Shown: in pieces, positions 47,352 through 57,356 of the stretch
Layout: every line of letters begins with the position of its first letter
Position numbering within the stretch: position 1 is the stretch's first letter
Assembly (NCBI GenBank): GCA_018714445.1
Contig: DVNK01000063.1
Coordinates: forward strand, 5,976 to 69,975
Direction: 5' to 3'
DNA length: 64,000 bases
Origin: Candidatus Fimadaptatus faecigallinarum
GTDB taxonomy: Bacteria > Bacillota > Clostridia > Christensenellales > Aristaeellaceae
Position numbers and translations under genes: made by a program
Notes under the pieces: model-generated
The model's input: only the letters and a program-made list of their open reading frames with translations
Database searches by the model: none
What the model was told of the DNA's origin: nothing

Positions 47352-47807
47352 ATGCCTGAATCCGCAAAAAAGGAAGTCACGATCTACACCGACGGCGCCT
47401 GCTCGGGCAACCCTGGCCCCGGTGGCTGGGGCGCAGTGCTGATCTACGGCGCGCACCGGCGCGAACTCAGCGGCGGCGACGCCTATACCACAAACAACCG
47501 CATGGAACTCACCGGCCCAATCGCGGCACTCGAGCTGCTGAATCAGCCCTGCCGCGTCAAGCTCTACTCGGACAGCGCATACCTCGTCAACGCCTTCAAC
47601 CAGCGCTGGCTGGATTCATGGCAGCGCAATGGCTGGCTGAACTCGCAGAAAAAACCCGTCGAAAATCGCGAGCTTTGGCAGCGTCTGCTGGAGCTGTGCC
47701 GCATGCACGATGTGACATTCATAAAGGTCAAGGGCCACGCCGACAATCGCGAAAACAACCGCTGCGACGAGCTGGCGCGCGCCGCGATAGCCGCACGCCG
47801 TGCATAG
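47352..47807 (+). CDS. rnhA: ribonuclease HI
   Basis: 151 aa with YTDGACSGNPGPGGWG, TNNRMEL and VKGHADN..N..CDELA motifs. Confidence 0.93.
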   Translation: MPESAKKEVTIYTDGACSGNPGPGGWGAVLIYGAHRRELSGGDAYTTNNRMELTGPIAALELLNQPCRVKLYSDSAYLVNAFNQRWLDSWQRNGWLNSQKKPVENRELWQRLLELCRMHDVTFIKVKGHADNRENNRCDELARAAIAARRA

Positions 47808-47921
47808 CTCACGCCGTCGCTTATGTTAAAGTGCGGCGCAGCGCATATTTATTTGAGCGCTATCGCCGCCCTTAACCTAAGCGCTATGAGCGCCTTTTGA
47901 TGCGGAGCATTTTCACTTTTA

Positions 47922-48260
47922 TTAAGCGTTATCGTCGCTCTTAATCTTGGAGAGCGCCTCGTCTATCGCCTTAATAACCTGCGCGTCCTTCTCCTGCGCG
48001 AGCTGATGCTCGAGGAATGGCCGCGAACGAGGCTGCTTTAACTCGCTGAGCGCGCCCGCAGCATGTATGCGCACATCACGATCGGCATGATGTATCAGCG
48101 GAACCAGCGCATTGAACGCATCGTCGCCTTCACACTTGCCCAGCGCGTCTATCGCCGCCAGACGCACTTCCGGCTTGCCATCGCCCACAAATCCCGCCAG
48201 CTTACCCGCGTCGCGCTTGGCTGCCAGCTTGCTTATCTTGTCCAGTTTGTTTCCGAACAT
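47922..48260 (-). CDS. HEAT repeat domain protein
   Basis: About 112 aa with PBS-lyase/HEAT-like repeats (VRLAAIDALGK ... VRIHAAGALSE). Start refined to the ATG 8 nt after GGGAGG. Confidence 0.6.
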   Translation of the reverse strand: MFGNKLDKISKLAAKRDAGKLAGFVGDGKPEVRLAAIDALGKCEGDDAFNALVPLIHHADRDVRIHAAGALSELKQPRSRPFLEHQLAQEKDAQVIKAIDEALSKIKSDDNA

Positions 48261-48321
48261 GTTGTGCACCTCCCGAACTTGACAAATCGATCAATTGATA
48301 CTATTATGTAGATGGATTTGA

Positions 48322-48361
48322 GTTTACTTTCAACTTTCGTTTACAGTAAACGCTTGTTTAC
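48322..48361. promoter_or_regulatory. candidate MarR operator: GTTTAC half-site array
   Basis: GTTTAC (48322), the perfect palindrome GTTTACaGTAAAC (48339-48351) and GTTTAC (48356), all in the HEAT/MarR divergent intergenic region. Confidence 0.35.
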
Positions 48362-48453
48362 TTTAATTATACCATGTCGTCCATTCAAGTCAAGCGCATT
48401 TTGGCGATATCGACAGTTTTCACAATTTTGTCTTAATTCAGGAGGGGTAACAA

Positions 48454-48936
48454 ATGGACAATGGGCTGACGCAAGAGCTGAGTCGACAGCTCGCCCGCAA
48501 CTACGGGCTGTACAGCGAAAAGATATCGCGCCGTATAAAAGCGATCTGCGCCGCCGAACTCAGCGAGGCGCAGTACCTGCTGCTGAGCATAATCGCGGGC
48601 ACAGAGCGCATACAGGCCAGCGAGCTGGGCGCGCGCGCACTGATGCACAAGCAACAGGTCACACGGCTGCTCAATCAGCTCGAACAGCGCGGCCTTATAG
48701 TGCGGGTGAGACTGCCCGACGACCGGCGCGCGGTCTGGCTGGAAGCCACAGATACGGCGCGCACGACGCTAAGCGAGCTGCATGCCACAATGGTTGCGGC
48801 GCTGACTGACGTGTTGGGGCAGCTCGATACAGCCACGCTGCAACGCTATCTGACGGCGCTGACGACTATAAACGATATACTGGACACGTTGCCTGCAGCC
48901 CGACCGGACGAGCCCAGGGATTGGGCGGATGAATGA
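48454..48936 (+). CDS. MarR family transcriptional regulator
   Basis: 160 aa with a winged HTH (LSEAQYLLLSIIAG ... IQASELGARALMHKQQVTRLLNQLEQRGLI.R..DDRR). RBS AGGAGGGG. Confidence 0.9.
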   Translation: MDNGLTQELSRQLARNYGLYSEKISRRIKAICAAELSEAQYLLLSIIAGTERIQASELGARALMHKQQVTRLLNQLEQRGLIVRVRLPDDRRAVWLEATDTARTTLSELHATMVAALTDVLGQLDTATLQRYLTALTTINDILDTLPAARPDEPRDWADE

Positions 48937-49062
48937 CCACGAAGCGCTTATCATGCGGCAGGACGTAATATGGCGCCTTTTTCACACCGTTGATTCGGGC
49001 ATGCGCGTCGCGCTGGCGCACGTGACCGCACAACTGGCGTTGAAGCTGGTTGGAATGCGCAT

Positions 49063-49216
49063 GTGGCTGGAGTGCAATACGTGACTGGAGCGTGTAAGTG
49101 GCTGGTGCACGCATGTGGCTGGTGCACGCATGTGGCTGGTGCACGCACGTGGCTGGTGCACGCATGTGGCTGGTGCGCGCACGTGGCTGGTGCATGCATG
49201 TGGCTGATGCGAGCTC
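49063..49216. repeat. tandem repeat, 17-bp unit, about 9 copies
   Basis: Consensus GTGGCTGGTGCACGCAT. Near-perfect copies at 49098, 49115, 49132, 49149, 49166 and 49183, with degenerate copies at both ends. Confidence 0.9.
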
Positions 49217-49512
49217 TTGACTCGAGCGCAACGGCACTGTTTGTCAGGCACGCATCCAGCATGTACGGCCTCGCGTTTGGTCGGAGCTGAGCGCGCATAC
49301 TACATAAGCGAAACGGACGATTGCTCATTCTGTATAATGCTGTTTACGCAGCTTTGCGCTACAGAATTACACGCTCACCACTGGCCCATGCCTTGCCTTA
49401 TTCGACGGCCGCATTAAAATCGCGCCCTCTACCGATACATGACCGTAACGCGTCAACGCTGATCGTACGGATCGCAAACCGACGTGCTGAGTTCGCTTTG
49501 CCTATAAACGAA

Positions 49513-49545
49513 GCGGAATGGACGATTGCCCATTCCGCTTTTCTT
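49513..49545. terminator. hairpin terminator in the cysS-distal intergenic region
   Basis: GCGGAATGG-8 nt-CCATTCCGC followed by TTTTCTTT on the plus strand, with a moderately T-rich flank on the minus strand. A degenerate copy of the same element lies at about 49307-49335. Confidence 0.5.
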
Positions 49546-49721
49546 TATATATTTTCAGTAAGGCTTTTAACCTGCCTTGCAACCGGCGCGTTTGCCACAG
49601 CGCGCATACAGCCCGGCCGACGCGTCCCATTTACCCACAAGCCATCTATCTAACTTACCGCACTTAAGCTATGCCCTTTACAAGCTCGTCCAGCACACCG
49701 CAGCGGCGCTGCACGCGCGAC

Positions 49722-51116
49722 TTACGCGCGCCGCACCTTGGGGCCCTGAGGCGTGTCCTCCAGCACAAAGCCGCGCTCGGTTATCAGGTCGCGCAGCCGG
49801 TCGGACTCGGCCCAGTTCTTTGCGGCACGCGCCTGTACGCGCTGCTCGACCAGCGCCTTTATGTCATCGGGCACCGCATCGCTCTCGCGCGACATTATGC
49901 CCAGCACGCCGGTCAGTTCCTTGAGCGTGTCCAGCATGCCCTTTATCGCCGCACGCGCGCTGTCCGCATTCAGCGAGGTGTTGCCATCCTTGATGAGTTC
50001 GAATATCACGCCCACCGCGTCTGCGGTGTTCAGGTCGTCGTCCATGGCCTCATCAAAGCGCTCCACGGCGTTGCGCGCGCGCTCCATGAGCGCCGTCTCA
50101 TCCGCGTTCAGCTCGCGCTCGGGCGCGTGGTCCAGCAGGAACAGCCAGTTGTCGCGCGCCGTGTACATGCGCTCAAGAGCCGAACGCGCCTGCTCGATCA
50201 TCTCCTTTGAGAAGTTGACTGGCGAGCGGTAATGCGCCGACACCATGAACATCCGCACCGCCTCGAGGTCGTATTCCTTGGATATGTCGCGCACCGTAAA
50301 GAAGTTGCCCAGCGACTTGGACATCTTCTGATTATCGACGTTGATATGGCCATTGTGCATCCAGTAGTGCGCAAACGGCTTGCCGGTCGCACCCTCGGAC
50401 TGCGCGACCTCGTTCTCGTGATGCGGGAAGAGCAGATCCTTGCCGCCGCAGTGTATGTCTATCGTCTCGCCCAGGTACTTCATGCTCATCGCAGAGCACT
50501 CAATATGCCAACCAGGTCGGCCCATGCCCCAGGGACTCTTCCAAGCCGGCTCGCCAGGCTTTTGCGCCTTCCACAGCGCAAAGTCCATCGGATGGCGCTT
50601 GCTGTCGTCGACGTCTATGCGCGCGCCAGCCTCAAGGTCCTCCAGATTCTGGCCCGACAGCTTGCCATAGTCGGGATACGCCTGCGTATCGAAGTACACA
50701 TCGCCATTTACCTCGTATGCAAGGCCCTTCTTTTCGAGCTTGCGGATGAGTCCTATTATATCGCCGATGTGGCGCGTCGCACGCGGATGTACCGTCGCGC
50801 GGCGAATGCCCAACGCGTCGGCATCCTTGAAGTACTCCTCAATGAAGCGGTCGCCAAGCTGCTCCACAGTGATGCCTTCCTCATTGGCGCGCTTGATCAT
50901 CTTGTCGTCGATGTCGGTGAAGTTCTGCACGAACGTCACCTCGTAGCCGCGGTACTCAAGATAGCGCCTGAGTATATCGAACATTATGAATGGCCGCGCA
51001 TTGCCGATGTGAAAATAGTTATACACAGTCGGACCGCACGAGTATATGCGCGCCTTGCCGGGCTCTATCGGCACAAACTCCTCCTTGCGCCGGGTCTGGG
51101 AATTGTAGATCTTCAT
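49722..51116 (-). CDS. cysS: cysteine--tRNA ligase
   Basis: 464 aa class I synthetase with HIGNAR (HIGH) and KMSKS motifs. Confidence 0.96.
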   Translation of the reverse strand: MKIYNSQTRRKEEFVPIEPGKARIYSCGPTVYNYFHIGNARPFIMFDILRRYLEYRGYEVTFVQNFTDIDDKMIKRANEEGITVEQLGDRFIEEYFKDADALGIRRATVHPRATRHIGDIIGLIRKLEKKGLAYEVNGDVYFDTQAYPDYGKLSGQNLEDLEAGARIDVDDSKRHPMDFALWKAQKPGEPAWKSPWGMGRPGWHIECSAMSMKYLGETIDIHCGGKDLLFPHHENEVAQSEGATGKPFAHYWMHNGHINVDNQKMSKSLGNFFTVRDISKEYDLEAVRMFMVSAHYRSPVNFSKEMIEQARSALERMYTARDNWLFLLDHAPERELNADETALMERARNAVERFDEAMDDDLNTADAVGVIFELIKDGNTSLNADSARAAIKGMLDTLKELTGVLGIMSRESDAVPDDIKALVEQRVQARAAKNWAESDRLRDLITERGFVLEDTPQGPKVRRA

Positions 51117-51119
51117 ATA

Positions 51120-51833
51120 TCAATCATCCTCTCCTGAAACTTTGAGTTCCCTAATTGGACAGTCCGCATCCGGAGCGCCGCAATGCGCACATGCGCCGCG
51201 CTCTATTATGCTGGCAATGCGCGCGTCCGCGCGGACCAGCTCGCCCCGCAGCGCCTGCAACTGTTCCATGACCGGATCGGGCAGGTGTATCTGATCCATG
51301 TCCGACGGCGCGCGCTCGGCCTTGGACGCAACGACACGCCCCGGATTGCCCACGACCGTCGCGCCCACCGGCACATCCTTGAGCACTATCGAACCTGCGC
51401 CGATCTTGGCGCCGTCGCCTATCGTAAGCGACCCCAGCACCTTGGCGCCTGCGCCGACCATGACGCGATTGCCCAGCGTGGGATGGCGCTTGCCGGTCTC
51501 CTTGCCGGTGCCGCCCAGCGTAACGTCTTGATACAGCGTCACGTCATCGCCTATTTCAGTGGTCTCGCCTATCACCACGCCCATGCCGTGATCTATGAAC
51601 AGCCTCGCGCCTATGCGCGCGCCGGGGTGAATCTCTATGCCGGTCTTTTTGCGGGTGCGCTGGCTGACTACCCGCGCCAGCAGCTTCATGTCGTGCTGCC
51701 AGAGCCAGTGCGCACGCCGGTGGCGCCGCACCGCCTTGAACCCCGGATAGCACAGCATCACCTCCAGCGCCGAGCGCGCCGCCGGATCGCGCGTGAGCAC
51801 TGCAGCTATGTCGTCTTTGAGCTGTTTAAACAT
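51120..51833 (-). CDS. cysE: serine O-acetyltransferase
   Basis: Start refined to [19 protein letters not shown] after GGGGAGG. Left-handed beta-helix hexapeptide repeats ([22 protein letters not shown]). Confidence 0.92.
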   Translation of the reverse strand: MFKQLKDDIAAVLTRDPAARSALEVMLCYPGFKAVRRHRRAHWLWQHDMKLLARVVSQRTRKKTGIEIHPGARIGARLFIDHGMGVVIGETTEIGDDVTLYQDVTLGGTGKETGKRHPTLGNRVMVGAGAKVLGSLTIGDGAKIGAGSIVLKDVPVGATVVGNPGRVVASKAERAPSDMDQIHLPDPVMEQLQALRGELVRADARIASIIERGACAHCGAPDADCPIRELKVSGEDD

Positions 51834-51855
51834 CGAATTCCTCCCCAAGCGGATC

Positions 51856-52119
51856 AAAAAACGGACCGTCGCCTCATCTCCAGAGGCGGCGGTCCGCGGT
51901 TCCACTCTGATTCAAGCAGATATCTGCTCATCTCAACGAAGGCCTCGTCAGCCCTCACACATATAACGGTGTTCACCGGCCGCGCCTGTGCCCGCATGTG
52001 GGTTGAGCGCGACGGCTCCCGGGTGCACTTGAGCAAAGCGCTTCCCTGCGGCGGCTTTCAGCCGGTGACCACCGCTCTCTTTCGGGCCGTATGCATTGCC
52101 TACTTTCCCGTTCATCGCC
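51856..52119 (-). promoter_or_regulatory. T-box leader riboswitch, specifier UGC (Cys), controlling cysE-cysS
   Basis: Minus strand shows GGCGATGAACGGGAAAGTA, AGAGAG, the specifier loop CAA-G-UGC-A (UGC at 52025-52027), the T-box AGAGTGGAACCGCG, and the terminator GGACCGCCGCC ... GGCGACGGTCC followed by TTTTTT. Confidence 0.85.
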
Positions 52120-52132
52120 TTTTGACAGTCCC

Positions 52133-52161
52133 ATTATATTCCGCGCCCATGCGTTTGTCAA
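52133..52161 (-). promoter_or_regulatory. consensus sigma-A promoter of the Cys T-box/cysES operon
   Basis: Minus strand reads TTGACA, a 17-nt spacer, then TATAAT exactly. Confidence 0.65.
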
Positions 52162-52388
52162 CGACCCGCGCGCGCTCAATTCGTATTTTAACAAATTCTC
52201 CGCGCGGCCATACGGCTGCCCAGAGCGAGGTTGTGGCAAAACTCTGGCGTTTTTTTACATTTTTTTGCTATCCGGTGGAACCTGCGACGCACCGCGCGCG
52301 TCAAATAAGCGTAGACAGCAAACTTGGGCGCGTCATCTGCGCCTTGCGCGGCCGGTGGGCCGGAGTCCTTTCGCGGAGGCGATTTTAA

Positions 52389-52883
52389 ATGAAAAAGCTG
52401 ATTTGCATTTTGCTGATTGCGCTGTGTCTGTGCGCCGCGCTTCCAGCGGGCGCGGACAGCACTGTGGAGTACACCCTGACTGTAAACGGCGGCGAAACCG
52501 ATGCCGGCACATGCTATAACTCGGACGGCGCGCTGTGCCTGGAACTGCTGCCGGTGGCCGAGGCGCTCGGCTATTCGGTCGACCGCAGTGAGTTGAGCGA
52601 GGGCGACGTCTGCCGCGTCGTATATACGCTGACCCCCGGTCAGGACAGCGGCGATGCCGCCACGTTTGAGTTGATGGTGGCTTATTCGATCGAGAACGGC
52701 CAACCGACCGCGGTCGCCGTGTCCAAAAACCAGATGCTGCTGCCGCTCAAGCAGTCGATGACGCTGGTCGACGAGGAGCCATACCTCCCCACCGAGTTCT
52801 TTGAGACAGGCATGTGCGTCTCGTTCACGCTGGACGAAGCCACGCAGACGCTGGACATGAGCACCATATCGTACTGCGAATGA
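52389..52883 (+). CDS. secreted hypothetical protein (possibly copper amine oxidase N-terminal 'stalk'-like domain)
   Basis: Signal peptide MKKLICILLIALCLCAALPAGA. RBS GGAGG 9 nt upstream. The antisense 248-aa ORF was rejected. Confidence 0.7.
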   Translation: MKKLICILLIALCLCAALPAGADSTVEYTLTVNGGETDAGTCYNSDGALCLELLPVAEALGYSVDRSELSEGDVCRVVYTLTPGQDSGDAATFELMVAYSIENGQPTAVAVSKNQMLLPLKQSMTLVDEEPYLPTEFFETGMCVSFTLDEATQTLDMSTISYCE

Positions 52884-53106
52884 CGCAAGCGCGCACACCG
52901 CGCTGTACATAGCGCGATTTAACGCCCGTCCCACTCAGCTGCAATAACGCAATAAGCGCACGCCGCACTCAGCTTGCGGCGGGCGCTTTGCATCCCTTTG
53001 CATGTCCGCTACCGCCATTTGCAAAAACGCCCCGCCCGGGCGGCTCATATTGAGCGCCGCGCGTGCGGGGTTCATTTTATGCATCTGTGGTCGCGCGAAC
53101 CGCCGC

Positions 53107-53559
53107 TCAGCCGTTGTTGCTGAGCGCGTTTTGCTGCTGGCGCTGCTTGCGCAGCTGCTGGCACGCCGGGCAATAGCCAAACAGCTCCAGATTGTGCGAG
53201 GTTATTTCATAGCCGGTCTCCTTCACTATCGACTCCTCGAGCTGGTTGACCGGGCAGGTCGGCAGCTGTATGCTCTTTTTGCACTCAAGGCAGATCAGGT
53301 AGTGATGGTGCACCGCCTGCACCGCTTCATAGCGCGCGGTGCCATCCGGGTACATAATGCGCTGCACAGTTTCCTGCGCCATCAGCTGTTCCAGATTGCG
53401 ATATACAGTCGTCAGGGCCATAGTGGGGCACGCCTGACGCGCGCTTTTGAGCAGCTGTTCAGCGCTCATCGGAGTATTAGCGCTCACCAGCAGACCCCAG
53501 AGTATGCGCTTTTGGCGCGTCTGCCGCTGCGCGGGTGCGGTTGAGGTATTTTTATTCAC
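53107..53559 (-). CDS. Fur family transcriptional regulator
   Basis: Contains HHHYLICLECKK and a C-terminal CPAC motif. Start refined to GTG at 53559, 8 nt after AGGAAG. Confidence 0.88.
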   Translation of the reverse strand: MNKNTSTAPAQRQTRQKRILWGLLVSANTPMSAEQLLKSARQACPTMALTTVYRNLEQLMAQETVQRIMYPDGTARYEAVQAVHHHYLICLECKKSIQLPTCPVNQLEESIVKETGYEITSHNLELFGYCPACQQLRKQRQQQNALSNNG

Positions 53560-53978
53560 GATGACACTTCCTTTGGTGCTTAGTCGATCAGGGCGCTCAA
53601 GTCGCCGGCCAACTGCCAGCCATAAGTTCACAGCCTCAGACTGGCCGTTTCCAACATTATGCACGATGAATATTAAATCTTCAACGCCGTGAAAATAGTT
53701 CTACAATGAATTAACGCCGGTGTCGAAAATTCAGTTTGACGCTGCACACGCGCCGCATTTGCGCCCTAAGCCTACGATAAGGATTAACAATGCATTTGCA
53801 TGCGCGCTGCACGTCAGGCAACATGCGCGTCCATCAAATATCCATCGGTCTTATTATACCTTACTGCAAGTGTCATTTTCGCGTACATTCAGTTGTGAGC
53901 CGTTTAAGTATCTGTTGAAATTAAGTTCAGAGCGGCTGCCGCCCAACGCTTTTTCTGGGAACTTACCGGCGGAGATTT

Positions 53979-54013
53979 AAAAAAGCGCCATCCCCGCAGC
54001 GCAGGGACGGCGC
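53979..54013 (-). terminator. intrinsic terminator after the lipoprotein gene
   Basis: Minus-strand hairpin GCGCCGTCCCTGC-gct-GCGGGGATGGCGC followed by TTTTTTAAA. Confidence 0.6.
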
Positions 54014-54036
54014 ATACAATAAATGCCACAGAGTCG

Positions 54037-54912
54037 TTATGCCGCGGGCGCAGGCGCGTCGGTTGCAGTCGCGTCAGCCGTGGCAGCCGCAGTCGGAGCC
54101 GCCGCAGCCTCATCGCCCGAAGCCGCGGTCGACTCGCCGGTCGGCGCTTCAGTAGCGGCAGCCGCAGCTGATTCAGCTGGAGCTTCAGTGGCGGCAGCCG
54201 TGGCCGATTCAGCCGGAGCTTCGGTCAAAATCGCCGTAGGACGGGGCGACGCGCTCGGATCAACGGTCGGGGTGGGCGCATATGTCGCGCCCGGCGCCAA
54301 CGTCGGGAACTCGTAGAGCATGGACGAGTTATCCTCATCGCTTATGGTGCCGTCCTGGTTGAACAGTATCTGCATTATGCTGCCGGACGAATCGATCCAG
54401 CACATGAGCCGCGACACGGTTATCGGCGACTCCTCGCGGTTTATGCGCGCCATTATCTCCAGGCCTTCGCAGCCCATTATCTCGACGATTTGAGTATAAT
54501 TCATGTCGCGCTCAATCGTATGCAGCGCGTCAAAGTCGGTCACAGGCGTAAGCAGCGCCATGACGCGCGGATCGTTGACCTCTATGGCCTTGCCTATCAT
54601 CTGACCATCGGAAAATGCGGCGCGAGTATAGACGCCGTTGCGCTCCCAGCTGAGCGTTACGCCGGTGCTCTCCTCCATGGAGACCTCCTCGCGCGAGGCG
54701 GGACCCAGCTTCGCCTCCAAATCGGCCGTAGTCATGTTGAAGTCGATCTGGTTGTACAGCTCATAGAGTTCCTCTCGGCTCTGGACCTGAGTCTGCGTCA
54801 GCGGAGGCAGCGCCGTCGCGGCAGGTTGGGTATCGGTTATGCAGCCGGACAGCGCCAGCAGCGAGCAAATCATCAACACGAGCACAACTCTCTTGGTCAT
54901 ACGAAAATACAT
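54037..54912 (-). CDS. putative lipoprotein with Ala/Thr/Glu-rich repetitive C-terminus
   Basis: Lipobox LLALSGC after a hydrophobic signal sequence. C-terminal repeats TEAPAESA(T/A)AAA. The start may be the ATG at 54900. Confidence 0.75.
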   Translation of the reverse strand: MYFRMTKRVVLVLMICSLLALSGCITDTQPAATALPPLTQTQVQSREELYELYNQIDFNMTTADLEAKLGPASREEVSMEESTGVTLSWERNGVYTRAAFSDGQMIGKAIEVNDPRVMALLTPVTDFDALHTIERDMNYTQIVEIMGCEGLEIMARINREESPITVSRLMCWIDSSGSIMQILFNQDGTISDEDNSSMLYEFPTLAPGATYAPTPTVDPSASPRPTAILTEAPAESATAAATEAPAESAAAAATEAPTGESTAASGDEAAAAPTAAATADATATDAPAPAA

Positions 54913-55137
54913 CCTCTCTTAACAGCATATGCTTTTATATTTTACCTCATATCCGGGCGCGTTGCAATCCTCTTATATTGACAAATTGATGAACAATGGC
55001 CGCGCCCTGAGAGTTTTTTGCGCGCATTATGCAATTCTCCGGCAGGAAAACCGCCGCGCATGTTGAATAACAAATATGTGTCGCGGGCAAATCCTGGCGT
55101 CCGCGCAATTGCAATTGCTATCAAGGAGGCTAGTCAA

Positions 55138-56319
55138 ATGGCCATACCACGCGTTTTCCTCTCAGGCATAGGCGGCTATGCCGCAAATTACATAACCGCA
55201 CTGCTAAACCCCAAACCCGGCTCGCTGCCCTTTAAATTCGTGGCCGCAGCCGACCCCGTGGCCGAAAAAAACCCCGCGTATCAGGCGCTCAAGGATGCCG
55301 GCGTTGAGATATACCACGACGCGTCCGAGTTCTTTGACCATGACACATGCGACCTGTGCATCGTGTCCTCGCCGATACAGTTCCACCTTGAGCAGACCCG
55401 GCTGGCCATGAGCCGCGGCGCCCGCGTGCTCTGCGAAAAGCCCATCGGCGCTACGCTCGAACAGGCTCGCGAAATGCTTGATCTGGAAAGCCAGTACGGC
55501 CGCAAGATCATGATAGGCTTTCAGTGGTCCTACGCCGAGGGCATGCTGGCGCTCAAGCGCGATATACTCGCAGGCCGGTTTGGACGGCCGCTCGAACTGC
55601 GCTCAATGATCAACTGGCCGCGCGGCGCTAAGTACTATGCCCGGCCCTGGGCTGCAAAGCTGTACGACGAAGCCGGTCGCCCGGTGTTCGACAGCATCGC
55701 CAACAACGCCTGCGCTCACTACATACACAACATGCTGTTCCTGCTGGGCGAGCGCATGGAACTCAGCGCCACGCCCGAAAGCGTGTCCGCCCAGCTCTAT
55801 CGCGCCAACCCCATACAAAACTTCGACACCGCTTTCGTTGAGATCCACGCCGATGGCGCAAAGCTGATATTCGCTGCGTCGCATGCCGGCAGCCGCAACT
55901 CCCAGCCTGCGATAGACTACCAGTTCGAACGCGCGCGCATAACGCTGGTCGGCAACAGCGAGGACGCGTTTGAGCTGCATGCCCATACGCCTGATGGCGA
56001 TATAGTCTACCCCATGCACTCCACCCATCAGGACAAGTTCTACGCTGCGCTGCACGCGCTGCGCGGCGAGCCTCAACCCTGCACCGTACGCACCGCACTG
56101 CCCCACATGCAGTGCATAGACGCGCTGGGCCGCATGCCGATAACCACGATAGCCCCCGACTACATAGACCAGCTTGAGCTGTCCCCCGGCGACCGCTTTA
56201 ACGTGGCCCGCGGCATGGACGGGCTGCTCGATTCTGCGCTGGCTACAGGCGAGCTGCCCCACGCAGGCGATGCGCCTTACGTAACCCCGACCAGCACCGC
56301 GGCAGTGACGCCTGTATGA
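55138..56319 (+). CDS. Gfo/Idh/MocA family oxidoreductase
   Basis: Start refined to MAIPRVFLSGIGGYA after AAGGAGG. Contains the VLCEKP motif. Confidence 0.85.
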   Translation: MAIPRVFLSGIGGYAANYITALLNPKPGSLPFKFVAAADPVAEKNPAYQALKDAGVEIYHDASEFFDHDTCDLCIVSSPIQFHLEQTRLAMSRGARVLCEKPIGATLEQAREMLDLESQYGRKIMIGFQWSYAEGMLALKRDILAGRFGRPLELRSMINWPRGAKYYARPWAAKLYDEAGRPVFDSIANNACAHYIHNMLFLLGERMELSATPESVSAQLYRANPIQNFDTAFVEIHADGAKLIFAASHAGSRNSQPAIDYQFERARITLVGNSEDAFELHAHTPDGDIVYPMHSTHQDKFYAALHALRGEPQPCTVRTALPHMQCIDALGRMPITTIAPDYIDQLELSPGDRFNVARGMDGLLDSALATGELPHAGDAPYVTPTSTAAVTPV

Positions 56320-56615
56320 CTTTACGCCTTGCCTGCGGACTGCCTCAGCATTGCCTCCGAGCGCCTAACGTTGGCATTTGCCAAGCTTCGTTTTGCTCAG
56401 GGAGCAAGCCGACTGGCGCAGGCGTAAAACGGCTGAGCTTCATCTGCCCAGCAGCATGCACACCGGCTACAGTTAACCGTTGGTGTGGCAATTGACGCTG
56501 CCGTTCTGCTTTATGAGCGGCTCGACTCGCGCTGCCGCGCATTGGCGGCAATGCTCACGCATCGCCTTGACCTTCCTCTCTCCTACGCGCACAGACTGCA
56601 TTGTGAGGTGTTGAT

Positions 56616-57356
56616 ATGCTCAATCCCGCTCAGATCGCCGCGATGCTGGATCACTCGATGCTCCAGCCATACCTGACCGACTACGAGATTGCGCGTGGCT
56701 GCGATATCGCGCTGGAGTACCACACTGCCAGCGTGTGCGCGCGTCCCGCCGACATGCCCACGGTCGTAAAGCGCCTGGATGGTTCCGGCATAAACGCTTG
56801 CACCGTGATAGGTTTTCCGCATGGCTCAGTGCAGCCCGACGTAAAGCTCTACGAAGCCCGCCGCGCGCTCGACGACGGCGCAAGCGAGCTGGACATGGTG
56901 ATCAACATTGGCCGCATGCGCGCGGGCGACGAGGCTTACGTGCACGATGAAATAGCCGCCATATGCGAGGCTGCACACCTCCAGAACGCCATAGTAAAAG
57001 TCATACTCGAAAACTGCTATCTGACGTTTGACGAGATAGCGCGTGCGTGCGCGATATGCAGCGACTGCGGCGCGGACTTTGTCAAGACCTCCACGGGCTA
57101 TGGCAAGTACGGCGCCAAGCTGCGCGACCTTATGCTGATGAAGCGCTCGATAGCGCCCCAAGTGCGCATCAAGGCCGCCGGCGGCATACGCACGCTGGAC
57201 ATGGCGCTGCTGTGCCGGTTCGCGGGCTGCGCGCGCTGCGGCGCGTCCGCGACCGAGGACATAATGCGGAAGGCGCTGCGCCGCGAGGCCGAGGGCACGC
57301 TGTGCGACAAGACCCAGGCCGAGTTCGACGCCGCGCTCGCCGCTGAGACATACTGA
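56616..57356 (+). CDS. deoC: deoxyribose-phosphate aldolase
   Basis: 246 aa with DHSMLQP, ELDMVINIG, the Schiff-base region DFVKTSTGY and IKAAGGIRT. Confidence 0.92.
   Translation: MLNPAQIAAMLDHSMLQPYLTDYEIARGCDIALEYHTASVCARPADMPTVVKRLDGSGINACTVIGFPHGSVQPDVKLYEARRALDDGASELDMVINIGRMRAGDEAYVHDEIAAICEAAHLQNAIVKVILENCYLTFDEIARACAICSDCGADFVKTSTGYGKYGAKLRDLMLMKRSIAPQVRIKAAGGIRTLDMALLCRFAGCARCGASATEDIMRKALRREAEGTLCDKTQAEFDAALAAETY

Noticed and set aside
52188-52934. 248-aa minus-strand ORF
   Set aside because: It is antisense to the plus-strand ORF 52389..52883, which has a clear signal peptide and a GGAGG RBS. The minus-strand product has no motifs.
53560-53720. Fur-box autoregulation site upstream of the Fur-family gene
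   Set aside because: There are only vague AT-rich stretches (TTAATATTCAT, GCATAATG), with no convincing 7-1-7 or 19-bp Fur/PerR/Zur-type palindrome.
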